Numbered from the stretch's first letter, positions 49,260-60,118 are shown. The stretch is DNA of 64,000 bases from Bacteroidaceae bacterium (GCA_017555825.1 JAFZFQ010000046.1:8741-72740), one strand, 5' to 3'. Numbers and translations: made by a program. Notes: generated by a model from the sequence alone, not told the origin.

Positions 49260-52200
49260 TTACTTTACAGTTACATAGAACTTCTTAGCGACTTCCATAC
49301 CGCTGAAGTCTACGCTGGTGTAAGTTACCTCGTAGATGTAACCCTTCTTGGCAGAGAAGTTTACTACCATAGTGTCACCGTCGAGAATTTCGGCGATGCC
49401 AGCTTGGCCGTTGGCTGCTGCCAATGCCGACATGTACTCGCCACCGTCAACTTGAGCGTTCTTGCTGCGGTCCATAGAGTATACGTTGGTTACACCCACA
49501 AGTTTCTTGTAGGCAGGAGCAAGAATTTCGGCAGTGTATGAAGTGGGGATGAATTGTACATCGCCCGAAGTCATCCAAGTGGGGCTGTAGATAGTTTGGC
49601 TAAGTTTTTGGAAGCCGTCGGTAGTCTTAACAAGCATGATGGGTTGCAATGTCTTGTTGATAGAGTTGACTGCCGAGAGCAACTTGTTCTCTACCTTGTC
49701 AAGGAAGTTGATAACTTTGTTCTTGAGGTTTACTACAGCATTGTCTATTTCGGTGTCGATATTGGCGAGTTTGTCGGTAAGCTCTGTGAGGCTACCAAGC
49801 TCGTCGAGGTATGAGTTTACAGTATTGATAATGTTGTTGATGTTGTCTTGTTGACCAGCCAACATACCGTTGATGTCGCTTTCCAAGCACTCAATCTCAC
49901 GGAGTAACTTCTCAAACTCGGTCATGTCAACAGGAACCTTGATGTGCAAGGGAACCTCAACGGGAACATTGCCACTCCAAGTGAAAGGTACTTTGTCTTG
50001 AATGTTTTGTTGGGGTACTACAACGTCATAAGGAACTGTTGTGTCAAAGTATCCAACAATATTGCCCAATGCGTCTTTAACCTCACCAGCAACGGGAATT
50101 TCAACATGTACAGATTGAGAAGGAACGTTAACATCGAGATCGATGAGTTTGTCGATAGTAACGGTAACTGAAGTGTTGATGATAGTATCGTACTCTACAA
50201 CAATATCAAGGTTGATGTCGTCGAAGTTGATGTTGATAGAGTCAAATGTGATTTTGTCAATCTTCTCAATATCCAAGTCGAGTGTTATGTCGGGCATAAC
50301 AAGTTTGAGCTTGTTGGCAATTTTATCCAAGATATTGCCTGTAAAGTTTTGCATCTTGTCGAAGCCGGGGAATGATGTGTAGTTGGCATCTTTCATAAAG
50401 CTGTATGACAAGGGCTTGATGGCTGTAGTAGCGAGGTTGTATTGTGAGTAGATGCTACGAGTTACACCAAGTTCGTCGGTCCAAGTAGCCTTCAATGCGT
50501 TGGCATCGAGTTGTTGGTTGAATTGGTTCAATACGTCGATTACAGTGTTGGCAACTTGAGTAGCGTTGATACCATTGGTAGGAGTGAGAATATCCTTAAC
50601 AGTCTCTTTGATTTCGCCTTTGTTGAAGTCGAATGTCATGGCAACACTCTCGATGTCTTCGGCAGCCAAAGTAGCCTCAGCCTCGTACAAGCCGTTTGCA
50701 GCCGAACGAGTGTAGCCGAATGTGAGTTTCTTGTCAGAGTATGCAAGAGGAGACAATTTGATGCCCGACTCTTCTTCGATACTGTTTACGATGGGGAGTG
50801 TTTGACCCTCGAAGTTTACGTTTGAGGGGTTGATGGTTACATAAATCTTACCTGCGCTGCTTACAATAGCTTCGCCATCCTCGGCCAATGTTTCGGGTGT
50901 AACGCCGAGCATTTCGATATCTTTTTGTGAGAGAACTTCATTGTCTCTTACATAGTAGCGAGGATAGTATGTGGGGAATTGAGCACCATAGCTGCCGGCG
51001 TAGCCATAGTATGACATCAAAACGTTGGTTTGGATGTTGGCGGGAGCCGAGTAAGAACCGATTACGGGGTTCTCAGTACCTTGAATCAAGATGCTGGTGA
51101 TGAATTGCTTCAATGACTCGTCTACTTTGTTGAAGAGGTCGGTGAGTTTCTTGATTTGGTTGGCATTCTCTTTAACTCGTCTCATAACAGACTCAACCAG
51201 GCTCTTCAAGTTGTCGATTTGATCTTGCAACTTGGCATCGGCCTCTTTGTAGGCTGCATTGAGTTGGGTCAATGTTGTGTTGATACCGTTGATTTGAGAC
51301 AATACATCGTTGATGCGGTCGTTGGTATATTTCTTGGCTTCAACCAAGTTGTCGTTGGCCAATTTCATGGCCTCAGTTACGCTTTCTTTTATAGTGTTCA
51401 ACTCGTTGCAGATGCTGTCTACTTTGGCAGTCAAGAGGTCGTTGTCCTTCTTGTGCTGTTCTTTCAATTCTTGCAATGAGCTCTCAAGAGCGTCGATTCT
51501 GATAGAGTCGCGCTCGGCAAGAGCTTGAGCCTCGGCTACATCGCTAATAACGCTGTTCAATGTTACTAAGATACCGGCAACAGCAACGTCAAGAACGCCG
51601 ACTTGAGTTTGGAGAGAAGTGATAGATTTTTCGTTCGCGGCAACTCTCTTCTCCAAGTTAGAGATGTCGGCAGTGATTTTGTCTGCGAGTTCTTTCTTTG
51701 CATCGGCAATAGCGTCGTTGAGCTCGTCTTTAGCATCTTGGATGGCTTCTTCGAGTTGACGTTTGTTCTCGGCGATAGCATCTTCGAGATCTTTTTTGTT
51801 TTGTTCGATAGTTTGAGTCATCTCGCTCAATTGAGTCTTCAAGTAAACGGTGAGTGAGTTCAACTCGTTTTGAAGTCTCAACAACTCTTTTTGCAATTCT
51901 TCCTTCAAGGCAGCATCGGCTTCCTTCAACTCTTTCAATGTCTTCTCGGTCTCGGCCAATTTGCTGTTGATCTCGTTGATAGATTTTTGAAGAGCTTGGT
52001 GCTCGGCTTCGTTTTGTGCAATATGAGTGGCAAACTCGGCGAGGTGTTTGTTATATTCTTCTATTGTAACATAGTTGTTCTCAACATACTCTTGCCAGAT
52101 TTTGATTTCTTGTTTCCAGGCTTCGCAGTTTTCTTTGCACTCTTTTTGAGCCTCTTCGAGTTTTGTGATTTGCTCTTCTAAAGCAGCTACTTGAGTGTTG

Positions 52201-52352
52201 ATAATTTGTTCCAAAGTTGCATTTTGGTCTTGCATTTGACCTTGAAGATCGGCATACAAATCTTCGTTATAGTCTTTACAAGAAACAAATGAGCCAACAG
52301 TGGCACAAATTATAGCCACCAATAGCAATGCATTGTAAAATCTCTTTTTCAT
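49260..52352 (-). CDS. Large surface lipoprotein with long N-terminal coiled coil
   Basis: MKKRFYNALLLVAIICATVGSFVSC-KDYNED lipobox plus acidic export-signal-like segment; about 400 aa of heptad/hendecad pattern; globular C-terminal half. Confidence 0.85.
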   Translation of the reverse strand: MKKRFYNALLLVAIICATVGSFVSCKDYNEDLYADLQGQMQDQNATLEQIINTQVAALEEQITKLEEAQKECKENCEAWKQEIKIWQEYVENNYVTIEEYNKHLAEFATHIAQNEAEHQALQKSINEINSKLAETEKTLKELKEADAALKEELQKELLRLQNELNSLTVYLKTQLSEMTQTIEQNKKDLEDAIAENKRQLEEAIQDAKDELNDAIADAKKELADKITADISNLEKRVAANEKSITSLQTQVGVLDVAVAGILVTLNSVISDVAEAQALAERDSIRIDALESSLQELKEQHKKDNDLLTAKVDSICNELNTIKESVTEAMKLANDNLVEAKKYTNDRINDVLSQINGINTTLTQLNAAYKEADAKLQDQIDNLKSLVESVMRRVKENANQIKKLTDLFNKVDESLKQFITSILIQGTENPVIGSYSAPANIQTNVLMSYYGYAGSYGAQFPTYYPRYYVRDNEVLSQKDIEMLGVTPETLAEDGEAIVSSAGKIYVTINPSNVNFEGQTLPIVNSIEEESGIKLSPLAYSDKKLTFGYTRSAANGLYEAEATLAAEDIESVAMTFDFNKGEIKETVKDILTPTNGINATQVANTVIDVLNQFNQQLDANALKATWTDELGVTRSIYSQYNLATTAIKPLSYSFMKDANYTSFPGFDKMQNFTGNILDKIANKLKLVMPDITLDLDIEKIDKITFDSININFDDINLDIVVEYDTIINTSVTVTIDKLIDLDVNVPSQSVHVEIPVAGEVKDALGNIVGYFDTTVPYDVVVPQQNIQDKVPFTWSGNVPVEVPLHIKVPVDMTEFEKLLREIECLESDINGMLAGQQDNINNIINTVNSYLDELGSLTELTDKLANIDTEIDNAVVNLKNKVINFLDKVENKLLSAVNSINKTLQPIMLVKTTDGFQKLSQTIYSPTWMTSGDVQFIPTSYTAEILAPAYKKLVGVTNVYSMDRSKNAQVDGGEYMSALAAANGQAGIAEILDGDTMVVNFSAKKGYIYEVTYTSVDFSGMEVAKKFYVTVK

Positions 52353-52736
52353 TTTGTTTTTATTTTAGTTATTAATTTGTTTTTTTGCATTTTATGTGGG
52401 TGCAATACACCCAATCAAACCAGTCTGCAAATATGCAACATTTTAATAAAATATACAAGCGTTTGCATATTTTTTTGCTCTAAAATCTCTCTTTATAAGG
52501 CATTAATGCCTCAAGTAGTTGCTTGACTATAAAGTTCGTGGCGTGGAGCCTCCCTTTAGAAGAATATAACACTTGGGATTGGTATACAGAGCTACGGTGT
52601 GTCTAAAAAATATTTAAATTATAAATGCCACGATTTTGCTCATTTGAGTTGCAGCAGGAGTAAAAAACGACTCACATATTTTGTTTACCTCTCGCCTTTC
52701 ATTATCTTTGCCCTACATTAATAAATATAATATACT

Positions 52737-53177
52737 ATGACCGATAAGAAAACTGTAGGCCTTGCATGTGACCATGCAGGCTTTGAGATGAAAGAGCGCG
52801 TAAAGGCTATGCTTCAATCTCGTGGATATGAGTGTAAAGATTTTGGTTGCTATTCGACCGAGAGTGTTGACTACCCCGATTTTGCACACCCTCTCGCTCT
52901 TGCGGTAGAGAGTGGCGAGTGCTATCCCGGTATAGCTATCTGTGGTAGCGGTAATGGTATAAATATGACTTTGAACAAACACCAAGGTATTCGTTCGGCA
53001 TTGTGTTGGACTGAGGAGTTGGCCGAGTTGGCTCGCTTGCACAACGATGCCAACGTATTGGTTATGCCCGGTCGTTTTATTCCCCTCGAATTGTCAGACA
53101 AGATTGTTGATATTTTCCTCGCAACAGCATTTGAAGGCGGACGTCACAACCGTCGCGTAGAGAAGATACCTATGTAA
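52737..53177 (+). CDS. rpiB: Ribose 5-phosphate isomerase B
   Basis: GLACDHAG, VDYPD, ICGSGNGI, HNDANVL, FEGGRH..RV; promoter TATCTTTG at 52703. Confidence 0.96.
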   Translation: MTDKKTVGLACDHAGFEMKERVKAMLQSRGYECKDFGCYSTESVDYPDFAHPLALAVESGECYPGIAICGSGNGINMTLNKHQGIRSALCWTEELAELARLHNDANVLVMPGRFIPLELSDKIVDIFLATAFEGGRHNRRVEKIPM

Positions 53178-53186
53178 TAGAAGATA

Positions 53187-53540
53187 TTACCATTCTACAA
53201 TAACCCCCACACGGTCTATCTTGCCTGTGATGGGGGGATTTTCTTTATATACGGCTACGCGTCCACCGCTTATGAGGGGGAAGCGTGTCTTCAGGCGCGA
53301 AATGATGCGACCGGCTACGTGCTCAAGTAGCTTTGAGGGCTCAGACATGACCGACTCTATCTCGCTGTATATGGTGGCATAGTTGATGGTGTTGGCGAGG
53401 ATGTCGTTGCGCAGAGCTTGCTCGAAAGGGACTTTTACCTTGAGTTCTACGCTGAAGTTGTTGCCCACTTTCTGCTCTTGGATATCTACGCCGTGATAGG
53501 CATAGAAGTGCATTTCGTCGAAATGTATATAGGTCTTCAT
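53187..53540 (-). CDS. folB: Dihydroneopterin aldolase
   Basis: FYAYHGV...EQKVGNNF, TINYA, SKLLEHVA, KENPP. Confidence 0.93.
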   Translation of the reverse strand: MKTYIHFDEMHFYAYHGVDIQEQKVGNNFSVELKVKVPFEQALRNDILANTINYATIYSEIESVMSEPSKLLEHVAGRIISRLKTRFPLISGGRVAVYKENPPITGKIDRVGVIVEW

Positions 53541-53641
53541 CGTTATAAGTGTTTATTGCCGTAGTGCAAAGATGAAAATTTTTTTTCAATTTATCCCTCT
53601 CTCCCGGTGTATATCTTGTAGTGAACTCTCCGGCAGATAAA

Positions 53642-53674
53642 AAAACGTTCCACTCGGTGTGAATGGAACGTTTT
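53642..53674 (-). terminator. Intrinsic terminator after ompA
   Basis: aaaacgttcca...tggaacgtttt stem. Confidence 0.7.
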
Positions 53675-53696
53675 CTATTGTAACTGTAGTAGTTTC

Positions 53697-54899
53697 TTAT
53701 CTCACGGCTTTGATAGTAGCAGCGCGGTCGAGTACATAGTTGAACTTGTTGAGGGGCTTGGTGTCGGTAGCTGTAGAGAGCTGATCGGGGTTTACACCAT
53801 ACTTAACAAGTGCTTTGTAGAGTGATTGAGCACGAGCTTCGCGCAATTTTGCGTTGAAAGCATCTGTACCTGTCTCTTTGTCGGCATAACCGGTAACAAC
53901 ATATTTGGTGTTGGGGTCGGCCTTGATAGCATCGGCCATAGCCTTAACAACTTTCTTGTTGCAAGCGTTGATAGACGATTGGTTGATGTCGTAGTAGATA
54001 GTGAAAGCGGGAGCTTGATCTTTGCAAGCCTCGTCGATGGCCTTGGCCATGCGTTGGTTGGTAGCTGCCAATTCGCTTTCGAGGTCTTTGATGCGGTTGT
54101 TTGCCTCTTGCAATCTTGCTACGAGAGCGTCGCCTTCAGCATCGCTGTATTTGGGTACTACGGGTACAACCACGGGAATAACGGGAGCTTCCCAACCACG
54201 TTGGTTGAACTTATAGGCTATACCAACAGCGGCCGATGCCATGAAGTTGTTGAGGCAGTCGCCTGTTTCTTGAGAGAGACCACTGTCGTATTGGCTGGCT
54301 TTGAGCTCGATGTTTACGTCAACGGCGTCGCTTACGTGGAAGCTGTTGATCAAACCACCGCGAATCTCAGTGCCCCATTTGCCTGCGGCGAAGTCAGAAC
54401 CCCAACCGTAGCCATAACCGAAACCACCGTAGATAACGAGTGAATAAACACGAGTCTTGCTGTATCCACCAAACAAGTTTACGAGGTCTACCATACCGTC
54501 GATGTGGGGACGAAGACCTTGGTGTTTTTGGATAAACAAGTTGTTGTAGCTTGCACCGTCTTGATAGCCGAACGCGTCAACACTTGATGTAGCACCGTTG
54601 GCACCCATGTAGTCCAAACCGATGCGAGTACCAAATATGGGAGTCCACCATTTGCCAAAGTTCAAGGCCACATTGGGGGCAATGCGGTTGGTGAAGTTCG
54701 AGAGGTCGCCATCTTCGGGGCTGAAGAAAAGGCTTATACCACCATCGAGAGAGATATACCAGTTGTCCCAGAAGCCGTTGAGCATGAGGCCTTGTGACTC
54801 TTCTTGTACAGTCTCTGTCTCAGTTGTTGCGGCCATTGACATGGGGGCAACAAATAATGCCATAAGCATTAAAACTGCAAATAATTTCTTCATAATCAT
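53697..54899 (-). CDS. OmpA family outer-membrane protein (barrel + coiled coil + OmpA domain)
   Basis: FWDNWYISL, GKWWTPIFGTR, TGYADKETG...NAKLREARAQS. Confidence 0.92.
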   Translation of the reverse strand: MIMKKLFAVLMLMALFVAPMSMAATTETETVQEESQGLMLNGFWDNWYISLDGGISLFFSPEDGDLSNFTNRIAPNVALNFGKWWTPIFGTRIGLDYMGANGATSSVDAFGYQDGASYNNLFIQKHQGLRPHIDGMVDLVNLFGGYSKTRVYSLVIYGGFGYGYGWGSDFAAGKWGTEIRGGLINSFHVSDAVDVNIELKASQYDSGLSQETGDCLNNFMASAAVGIAYKFNQRGWEAPVIPVVVPVVPKYSDAEGDALVARLQEANNRIKDLESELAATNQRMAKAIDEACKDQAPAFTIYYDINQSSINACNKKVVKAMADAIKADPNTKYVVTGYADKETGTDAFNAKLREARAQSLYKALVKYGVNPDQLSTATDTKPLNKFNYVLDRAATIKAVR

Positions 54900-54966
54900 G
54901 TTATTAATTTAGTTTATAATTTAATTCTTGTTGCAAATGAGGCACTTAATGCCCAAGTTCATGAGC

Positions 54967-54974
54967 CAAAGGTA
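54967..54974 (-). promoter_or_regulatory. -7 promoter element (TACCTTTG) for ompA
   Basis: TAnnTTTG upstream of 54899. Confidence 0.55.
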
Positions 54975-55123
54975 TTGTTTTAGATTTGAAAATCCAAATA
55001 AGTAGCTTAAAATCTGTATATTTATTATAAATACATCCTGTTTGCAAGATTTTTTTTATTGTGACTTTAAGCCGGCCTTACCTTTGCTTAATAATGGTCT
55101 ATAGCCCGTGTGGGCTATAGTCA

Positions 55124-57160
55124 TTATTTGCCCAAGAAGTTCTTGATTTCGTTGGCAACAAGTTGGGGTGTGAAGCCCAATTTCTCGTCAAGTACCTTGT
55201 AGGGAGCCGAGTGACCGAAGTGGTCGAGACCATGTATCAAGCCTTTGTCGCAACCTACGATGGGCCACAATGTTGAGGGCAGACCTGCAGTCAAACCATA
55301 AACGGGGAGGCCTTGAGGTATGATGGTATCTTTGTACTCTTGGGGTTGAGCTGCATACAAGCCAAGTGAGGGAGCCGAAACGATTTGGCTGCGGATGCCT
55401 TCGGCCTTGAGTATTTGTGCTGCCTCGTAGAGAGTAGAAACCTCCGAACCGTTGGCTACCAATACTACATCGGGATTTTCGTCTTTGGCAACGATATATG
55501 CACCCTTGACACTTTGCAATGCCTCGGTATAACGGCACTCGCCCATAGCGGGAATGTCGTTGATGTCTTGGCGAGAGAGTATCAATGCAGTGGGAGTTGT
55601 GGTGTTTTCCATTGCGAGCTTCCAAGCAACGGCAGTCTCGGCGCTATCGGCAGGACGCAATACGAGCATACTGTTGTTGCCGCTGTGGTTTTTCAATTGC
55701 TCCATGAGACGTATTTGTGCCTCTTGCTCAACGGGCTCGTGAGTGGGGCCGTCTTCACCTACGCGGAAGGCGTCGTGTGTCCAGATGTATTTGGCGGGGA
55801 GCTCCATCAATGCAGCCATGCGCACAGCGGGTTTCATATAATCTGAGAATACGAAGAATGTACCACAAGCAGCTTGCATACCACCGTGCAACAACATACC
55901 GTTTACTACAACAGCCATTGTCAACTCGGCAACACCGGCTTGGAGGAATGCGCCTGTAAAGTCACCGGGAGCAAATGCGTGAGTTTTCTTCAAGAAGCCG
56001 TCGGTCTTGTCGCTATTGGCAAGGTCGGCCGATGATACTACCATGTTCTTGCAGTTTTCGGCGAGTACCGAGAGTACAGTGGCCGATGCTGTGCGGGTAG
56101 CAATATTGGGTTTGAACTCGATTGCGCCGTAGTCGATGGCGGGAACTTCGTTGGCGAAGTATCTTCTCAACTCCTCGGCTTGCTCGGGATTGGCTTTCTC
56201 CCATGCAGCTTGTTCGGCCTTGCGCTCGGCTACGATGCGACGCAACTCCTCGCGACGAGCAGCATAGAGTGCTTCGGTCTCGGGGAAGAGAACAAAAGGA
56301 TTGGCTACATCGCCACCGAGGTTCTCGATAGTCTTTTCGTAGCTTGCACCCGACTTGCTCAAGGGTTGTCCGTGAGTAGAGCATTGGTGTTCGAAACTTG
56401 TGCCTTCGGCAGTAACACAACCCTTACCCATGATGGTGCGACCAATGATGAGTGTGGGGCGCTCTTTTTCGTTTTGAGCCTCTTCGATAGCTTGGCATAT
56501 AGCAGCGGCGTCGGTGCCGTCAATTTCTATTACATTCCAACCCCAAGCGCGATATTTGGCAGCAGTATCTTCCGATGTTACCTCACCGGTAGAGGTAGAG
56601 AGTTGGATGCTGTTGCTATCGTAGAACATGATGAGGTTGCTGAGTTTCAAGTAACCAGCCAAGCGACCGGCGCCTTGTGAAATCTCCTCTTGTATACCAC
56701 CGTCAGAGATGAATGCGTATGTTTTGTGCGACATCCATTGACCGAAGCGAGCTGTGAAGAATTGCTCGGCAATAGCTGCACCAACTGCCATTGTGTGACC
56801 TTGACCAAGGGGGCCGGAGGTGTTCTCAATACCGCGAGCGAAGTCTACTTCGGGGTGACCGGGTGTTACGCTGCCCCATTGACGGAAACTTTGAAGCTCC
56901 TCCATAGTGAACTTGCCGGTAAACGCGAGTACGCTGTAAAGCATAGGCGACATGTGACCGGGATCGAGGAAGAAGCGGTCTCTGTTGATCCATGTAGCGT
57001 CATCGGGGTCGTATACCAAATATTTGGCATAGAGTGCGTTGGTAAAATCGGCACCACCCATTGCACCACCGGGGTGGCCTGACTTGGCTTTTTCTACCAT
57101 GGCTGCTGTCAATACTCTGATGTTGTCGGCAGCACGATTGAGGTTTTTCATTATGTCCAT
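55124..57160 (-). CDS. tkt: Transketolase
   Basis: SGHPGGAMG, RDRFFLDPGH, SGPLGQG, SDGGIQE, GEDGPTHEPVE. Confidence 0.97.
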   Translation of the reverse strand: MDIMKNLNRAADNIRVLTAAMVEKAKSGHPGGAMGGADFTNALYAKYLVYDPDDATWINRDRFFLDPGHMSPMLYSVLAFTGKFTMEELQSFRQWGSVTPGHPEVDFARGIENTSGPLGQGHTMAVGAAIAEQFFTARFGQWMSHKTYAFISDGGIQEEISQGAGRLAGYLKLSNLIMFYDSNSIQLSTSTGEVTSEDTAAKYRAWGWNVIEIDGTDAAAICQAIEEAQNEKERPTLIIGRTIMGKGCVTAEGTSFEHQCSTHGQPLSKSGASYEKTIENLGGDVANPFVLFPETEALYAARREELRRIVAERKAEQAAWEKANPEQAEELRRYFANEVPAIDYGAIEFKPNIATRTASATVLSVLAENCKNMVVSSADLANSDKTDGFLKKTHAFAPGDFTGAFLQAGVAELTMAVVVNGMLLHGGMQAACGTFFVFSDYMKPAVRMAALMELPAKYIWTHDAFRVGEDGPTHEPVEQEAQIRLMEQLKNHSGNNSMLVLRPADSAETAVAWKLAMENTTTPTALILSRQDINDIPAMGECRYTEALQSVKGAYIVAKDENPDVVLVANGSEVSTLYEAAQILKAEGIRSQIVSAPSLGLYAAQPQEYKDTIIPQGLPVYGLTAGLPSTLWPIVGCDKGLIHGLDHFGHSAPYKVLDEKLGFTPQLVANEIKNFLGK

Positions 57161-57221
57161 AAAATATAGTGTAAGATGGTTTTTGTAAAATTTGTTACAA
57201 AATTAATATAAATAACTGATT

Positions 57222-59996
57222 TTACAGCTTTTTATGAGGTTCTTTTTTGTCTCTTTTTTGTTGGTTGCAGGCTATGGCAATAATTCTTATCACCTCGCCT
57301 ATCAATGCTACTACCGAAGTGGCGAGGATGAGTTGCCACCAATCGCTGACTGAGAGTGGTGTGACATTGAACATTTCGCCTCCGAATGTAACGATGAGTA
57401 TCTGACCTACGATAATCGATATACCAACACATAAGAAGCCGTTGCAGTTCCATATAGAAGTAAAGGCCAATTGCTTGGTGGCAAATGCCTTGGCATTGAA
57501 CATATTCCAAAATTGCAACATGACAAAAATGGTGAAGAAGAGTGACAACTCGTATGTCGATAAGGTCCCGTTATGGCCAAACATGAAGTAGTAGTCGAAT
57601 ATTTTATTCCACTCTATCTGTGCGAAGGCTGTAATGTCGGTGTGGTTGAAGTATTGCAACAATCCAAATAGGAATATTACAAATAAAATACCTGTACCTA
57701 TAATGGTGCGCGCCATCGAGGGTGTGATGATGTGTGCTCCGAGAGGGCGAGGCCTCTCTTGCATCACACTCTTGTCGGGCGGGAGCGAGGCGAGTGCCAT
57801 GGCTGCAAAGGTGTCCATGATGAGGTTTACCCACAGCATTTGTGTAACGGTGAGGGGCGACTCGGTGCCCAATGCTGCTCCGAGTAAGACAATAAGGCAG
57901 GCGGCCACATTGATGGTCATTTGGAATACGATAAATCGTTGTATGTTGTGGTAGAGTGATCGCCCCCACATTACCGCTTTGTTGATAGAGGTAAATGAGT
58001 TGTCGAGGATGGTAATGGCGCTGGCCTCTTTGGCTACGGTAGTACCGTCGCCCATCGACAGGCCTACTTGCGCGGCGTTAAGTGCCGGAGCATCGTTGGT
58101 GCCGTCGCCGGTTACAGCAACCACCTTGTTATTGCGTTGTAGCGCCTTTACGAGTCGCTCTTTGTCCAGAGGTCGTGCGCGGGCAATAATCTTGAGGTCT
58201 TGTACTCGCTCGGTGAGCTCCTCGTCGCTCATGGCAGCAACTTGGTCGCCGGTGGTAATGTTTGTGTCGTTGTCGTGTATTGTCCAAAGACCTATCTGGC
58301 GACCTATCTCGCGAGCTGTGGCTTGGGTGTCGCCGGTGATGATTTTGATATCGATACCGGCATTGATACACGATTGTATAGCCTCGGGTACATCGGGGCG
58401 CACGGGGTCGGCTATGGCGGCTATACCCAGCAGTGTGAGCTGTATGTTGGAGTTGAGCATGCCATTTTCAAAGCAACTCAGCTCGTCGACCTCGGCATAG
58501 GCCAGGGCGAGTGTGCGTAATGCGCGATTTTGATAATCGAGAAGTTCGCGCTCGATGTTTTGCAGACAAGGTTCTATGGGAGCAGTACCTTGTGTGGTGC
58601 ATATAGTATGGCACTTTTTCAGTATAATCTCGGGAGCGCCTTTTACATAGAGAATGCGTTTTTTTAGAGTTGGCGATGCGATAACAGTACCCATATATTT
58701 TCGTTCGGTCGAGAAGGTGAGTTGCTCGGCAATGGGTATGGAGTGTCGCAGGGTGTTGTAATGAATGTTTTGCTTGTTGAGCCATAGCAACAGAGCTCCC
58801 TCGGTGGGGTTGCCTATCACACCGATGCGTCCGTCGGCAACAGTATTGAGGTTGGCAGTGGTGTTGAGGGCGATACCCTCACTGATGAGGGTGTCTATAG
58901 TAGCGTTTGAGCCCAATTCTTGCTTGTCGAGGGCATAGAAGTGTGTCTCTTCTACCTGCATTTGATTCTGTGTGAGAGTGCCGGTCTTGTCGGTACAGAT
59001 AACCGATGTTGCACCCATTGTCTCGCAAGCGTGCATTTTGCGCACGAGGTTGTTGGCCGATAGCATGCGCTTCATGCTAAGGGCAAGGCTCAGTGTGACG
59101 CTCATAGGCAAGCCTTCGGGTACAGCTACCACGATGATTGTGACGGCAATCATAACAGTGTTGAGCATGTATTGTCCTATGCTTATCCAATCGGTAGAAT
59201 GGTCGCCTGTGAAGAAGGTGATGCAGCGTATAATCAAGATGAGTGCTGCAATGGCATAGCTCACCTTGGTGATGAGTGCGGCCAACTTGTCGAGCTGTAT
59301 ATTGAGCGGAGTCTCTACGTCGTTTTCTATTTGCGCACCTTTGTATACCTTGCCATACTCGGTAGCGTCGCCCACTTGTTGCACCTGCATCACACCATGT
59401 CCCTCCATAACGGTACTGCCATTGAGCACCATGTTGCTGGGATATGTGGCGCGAGGGTCGTTCTTGTCGGGGTCGGCATATTTGTTGGCCATGGGTTCGC
59501 CGGTGAGGCTCGACTCGTTTACTTGTAGCGATACCGATTCTATCAGCGTGCCGTCGGCCGGAATCTCGTCGCCTGTGTTGATGATAACGATGTCGCCCAC
59601 TACCACTTCGCGCTTGGGTATCTCGATGATGTTGCGGTTGCGAACAACTTTTATGAGGCTTTCGTCGCCTATCTGGTTGATAATTTCAAATTTGCGGTTG
59701 GCGCTCACCTCAAAAGCAAATCCTATACCCGTGGCAAGCAGGATGGCAATAAGAATGCCGGTGGGTTCGAGAAAAGCGTCTATGCCTTCGACTCCTGTTG
59801 CTACTTGATAGGTGGCAACACCAATGGAGAGTATCCAGGCGATGAGAAGGATGCGGATGATGGGGTCTTCAAACTTTTCCAAGAAGAGTTTCCACAGCGG
59901 GGTTTTGGCTGGTGGCGTGAGTTCGTTGCGACCATATTTCTCGCGGCTGGCTATGACCTGTTGGTCGGTAAGTCCTTTTTCAAAGTAATTGCTCAT
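57222..59996 (-). CDS. Calcium-translocating P-type ATPase (PMCA-type)
   Basis: TGE(P) actuator, VPEGLP, ICTDKTGTLT, TGDGTNDAPAL, MLWVNLIMDT. Confidence 0.93.
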   Translation of the reverse strand: MSNYFEKGLTDQQVIASREKYGRNELTPPAKTPLWKLFLEKFEDPIIRILLIAWILSIGVATYQVATGVEGIDAFLEPTGILIAILLATGIGFAFEVSANRKFEIINQIGDESLIKVVRNRNIIEIPKREVVVGDIVIINTGDEIPADGTLIESVSLQVNESSLTGEPMANKYADPDKNDPRATYPSNMVLNGSTVMEGHGVMQVQQVGDATEYGKVYKGAQIENDVETPLNIQLDKLAALITKVSYAIAALILIIRCITFFTGDHSTDWISIGQYMLNTVMIAVTIIVVAVPEGLPMSVTLSLALSMKRMLSANNLVRKMHACETMGATSVICTDKTGTLTQNQMQVEETHFYALDKQELGSNATIDTLISEGIALNTTANLNTVADGRIGVIGNPTEGALLLWLNKQNIHYNTLRHSIPIAEQLTFSTERKYMGTVIASPTLKKRILYVKGAPEIILKKCHTICTTQGTAPIEPCLQNIERELLDYQNRALRTLALAYAEVDELSCFENGMLNSNIQLTLLGIAAIADPVRPDVPEAIQSCINAGIDIKIITGDTQATAREIGRQIGLWTIHDNDTNITTGDQVAAMSDEELTERVQDLKIIARARPLDKERLVKALQRNNKVVAVTGDGTNDAPALNAAQVGLSMGDGTTVAKEASAITILDNSFTSINKAVMWGRSLYHNIQRFIVFQMTINVAACLIVLLGAALGTESPLTVTQMLWVNLIMDTFAAMALASLPPDKSVMQERPRPLGAHIITPSMARTIIGTGILFVIFLFGLLQYFNHTDITAFAQIEWNKIFDYYFMFGHNGTLSTYELSLFFTIFVMLQFWNMFNAKAFATKQLAFTSIWNCNGFLCVGISIIVGQILIVTFGGEMFNVTPLSVSDWWQLILATSVVALIGEVIRIIAIACNQQKRDKKEPHKKL

Positions 59997-60118
59997 TTCC
60001 GGTTTTTATCTATATACACAATCTTACAATCTTTGAGCATATTATACAACCCGTCTATTACACACCCCGGGTGGGTCGATAATAAACGGGTCAATATGTT
60101 TTATAGAGCATAAATACT

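Noticed and set aside
52353-52736. Possible riboswitch or ncRNA in the lipoprotein-rpiB intergenic region
   Set aside because: Only short hairpins (e.g. gggtg/caccc) and promoter elements were seen; no family consensus was recognisable. A covariance-model search would be needed.
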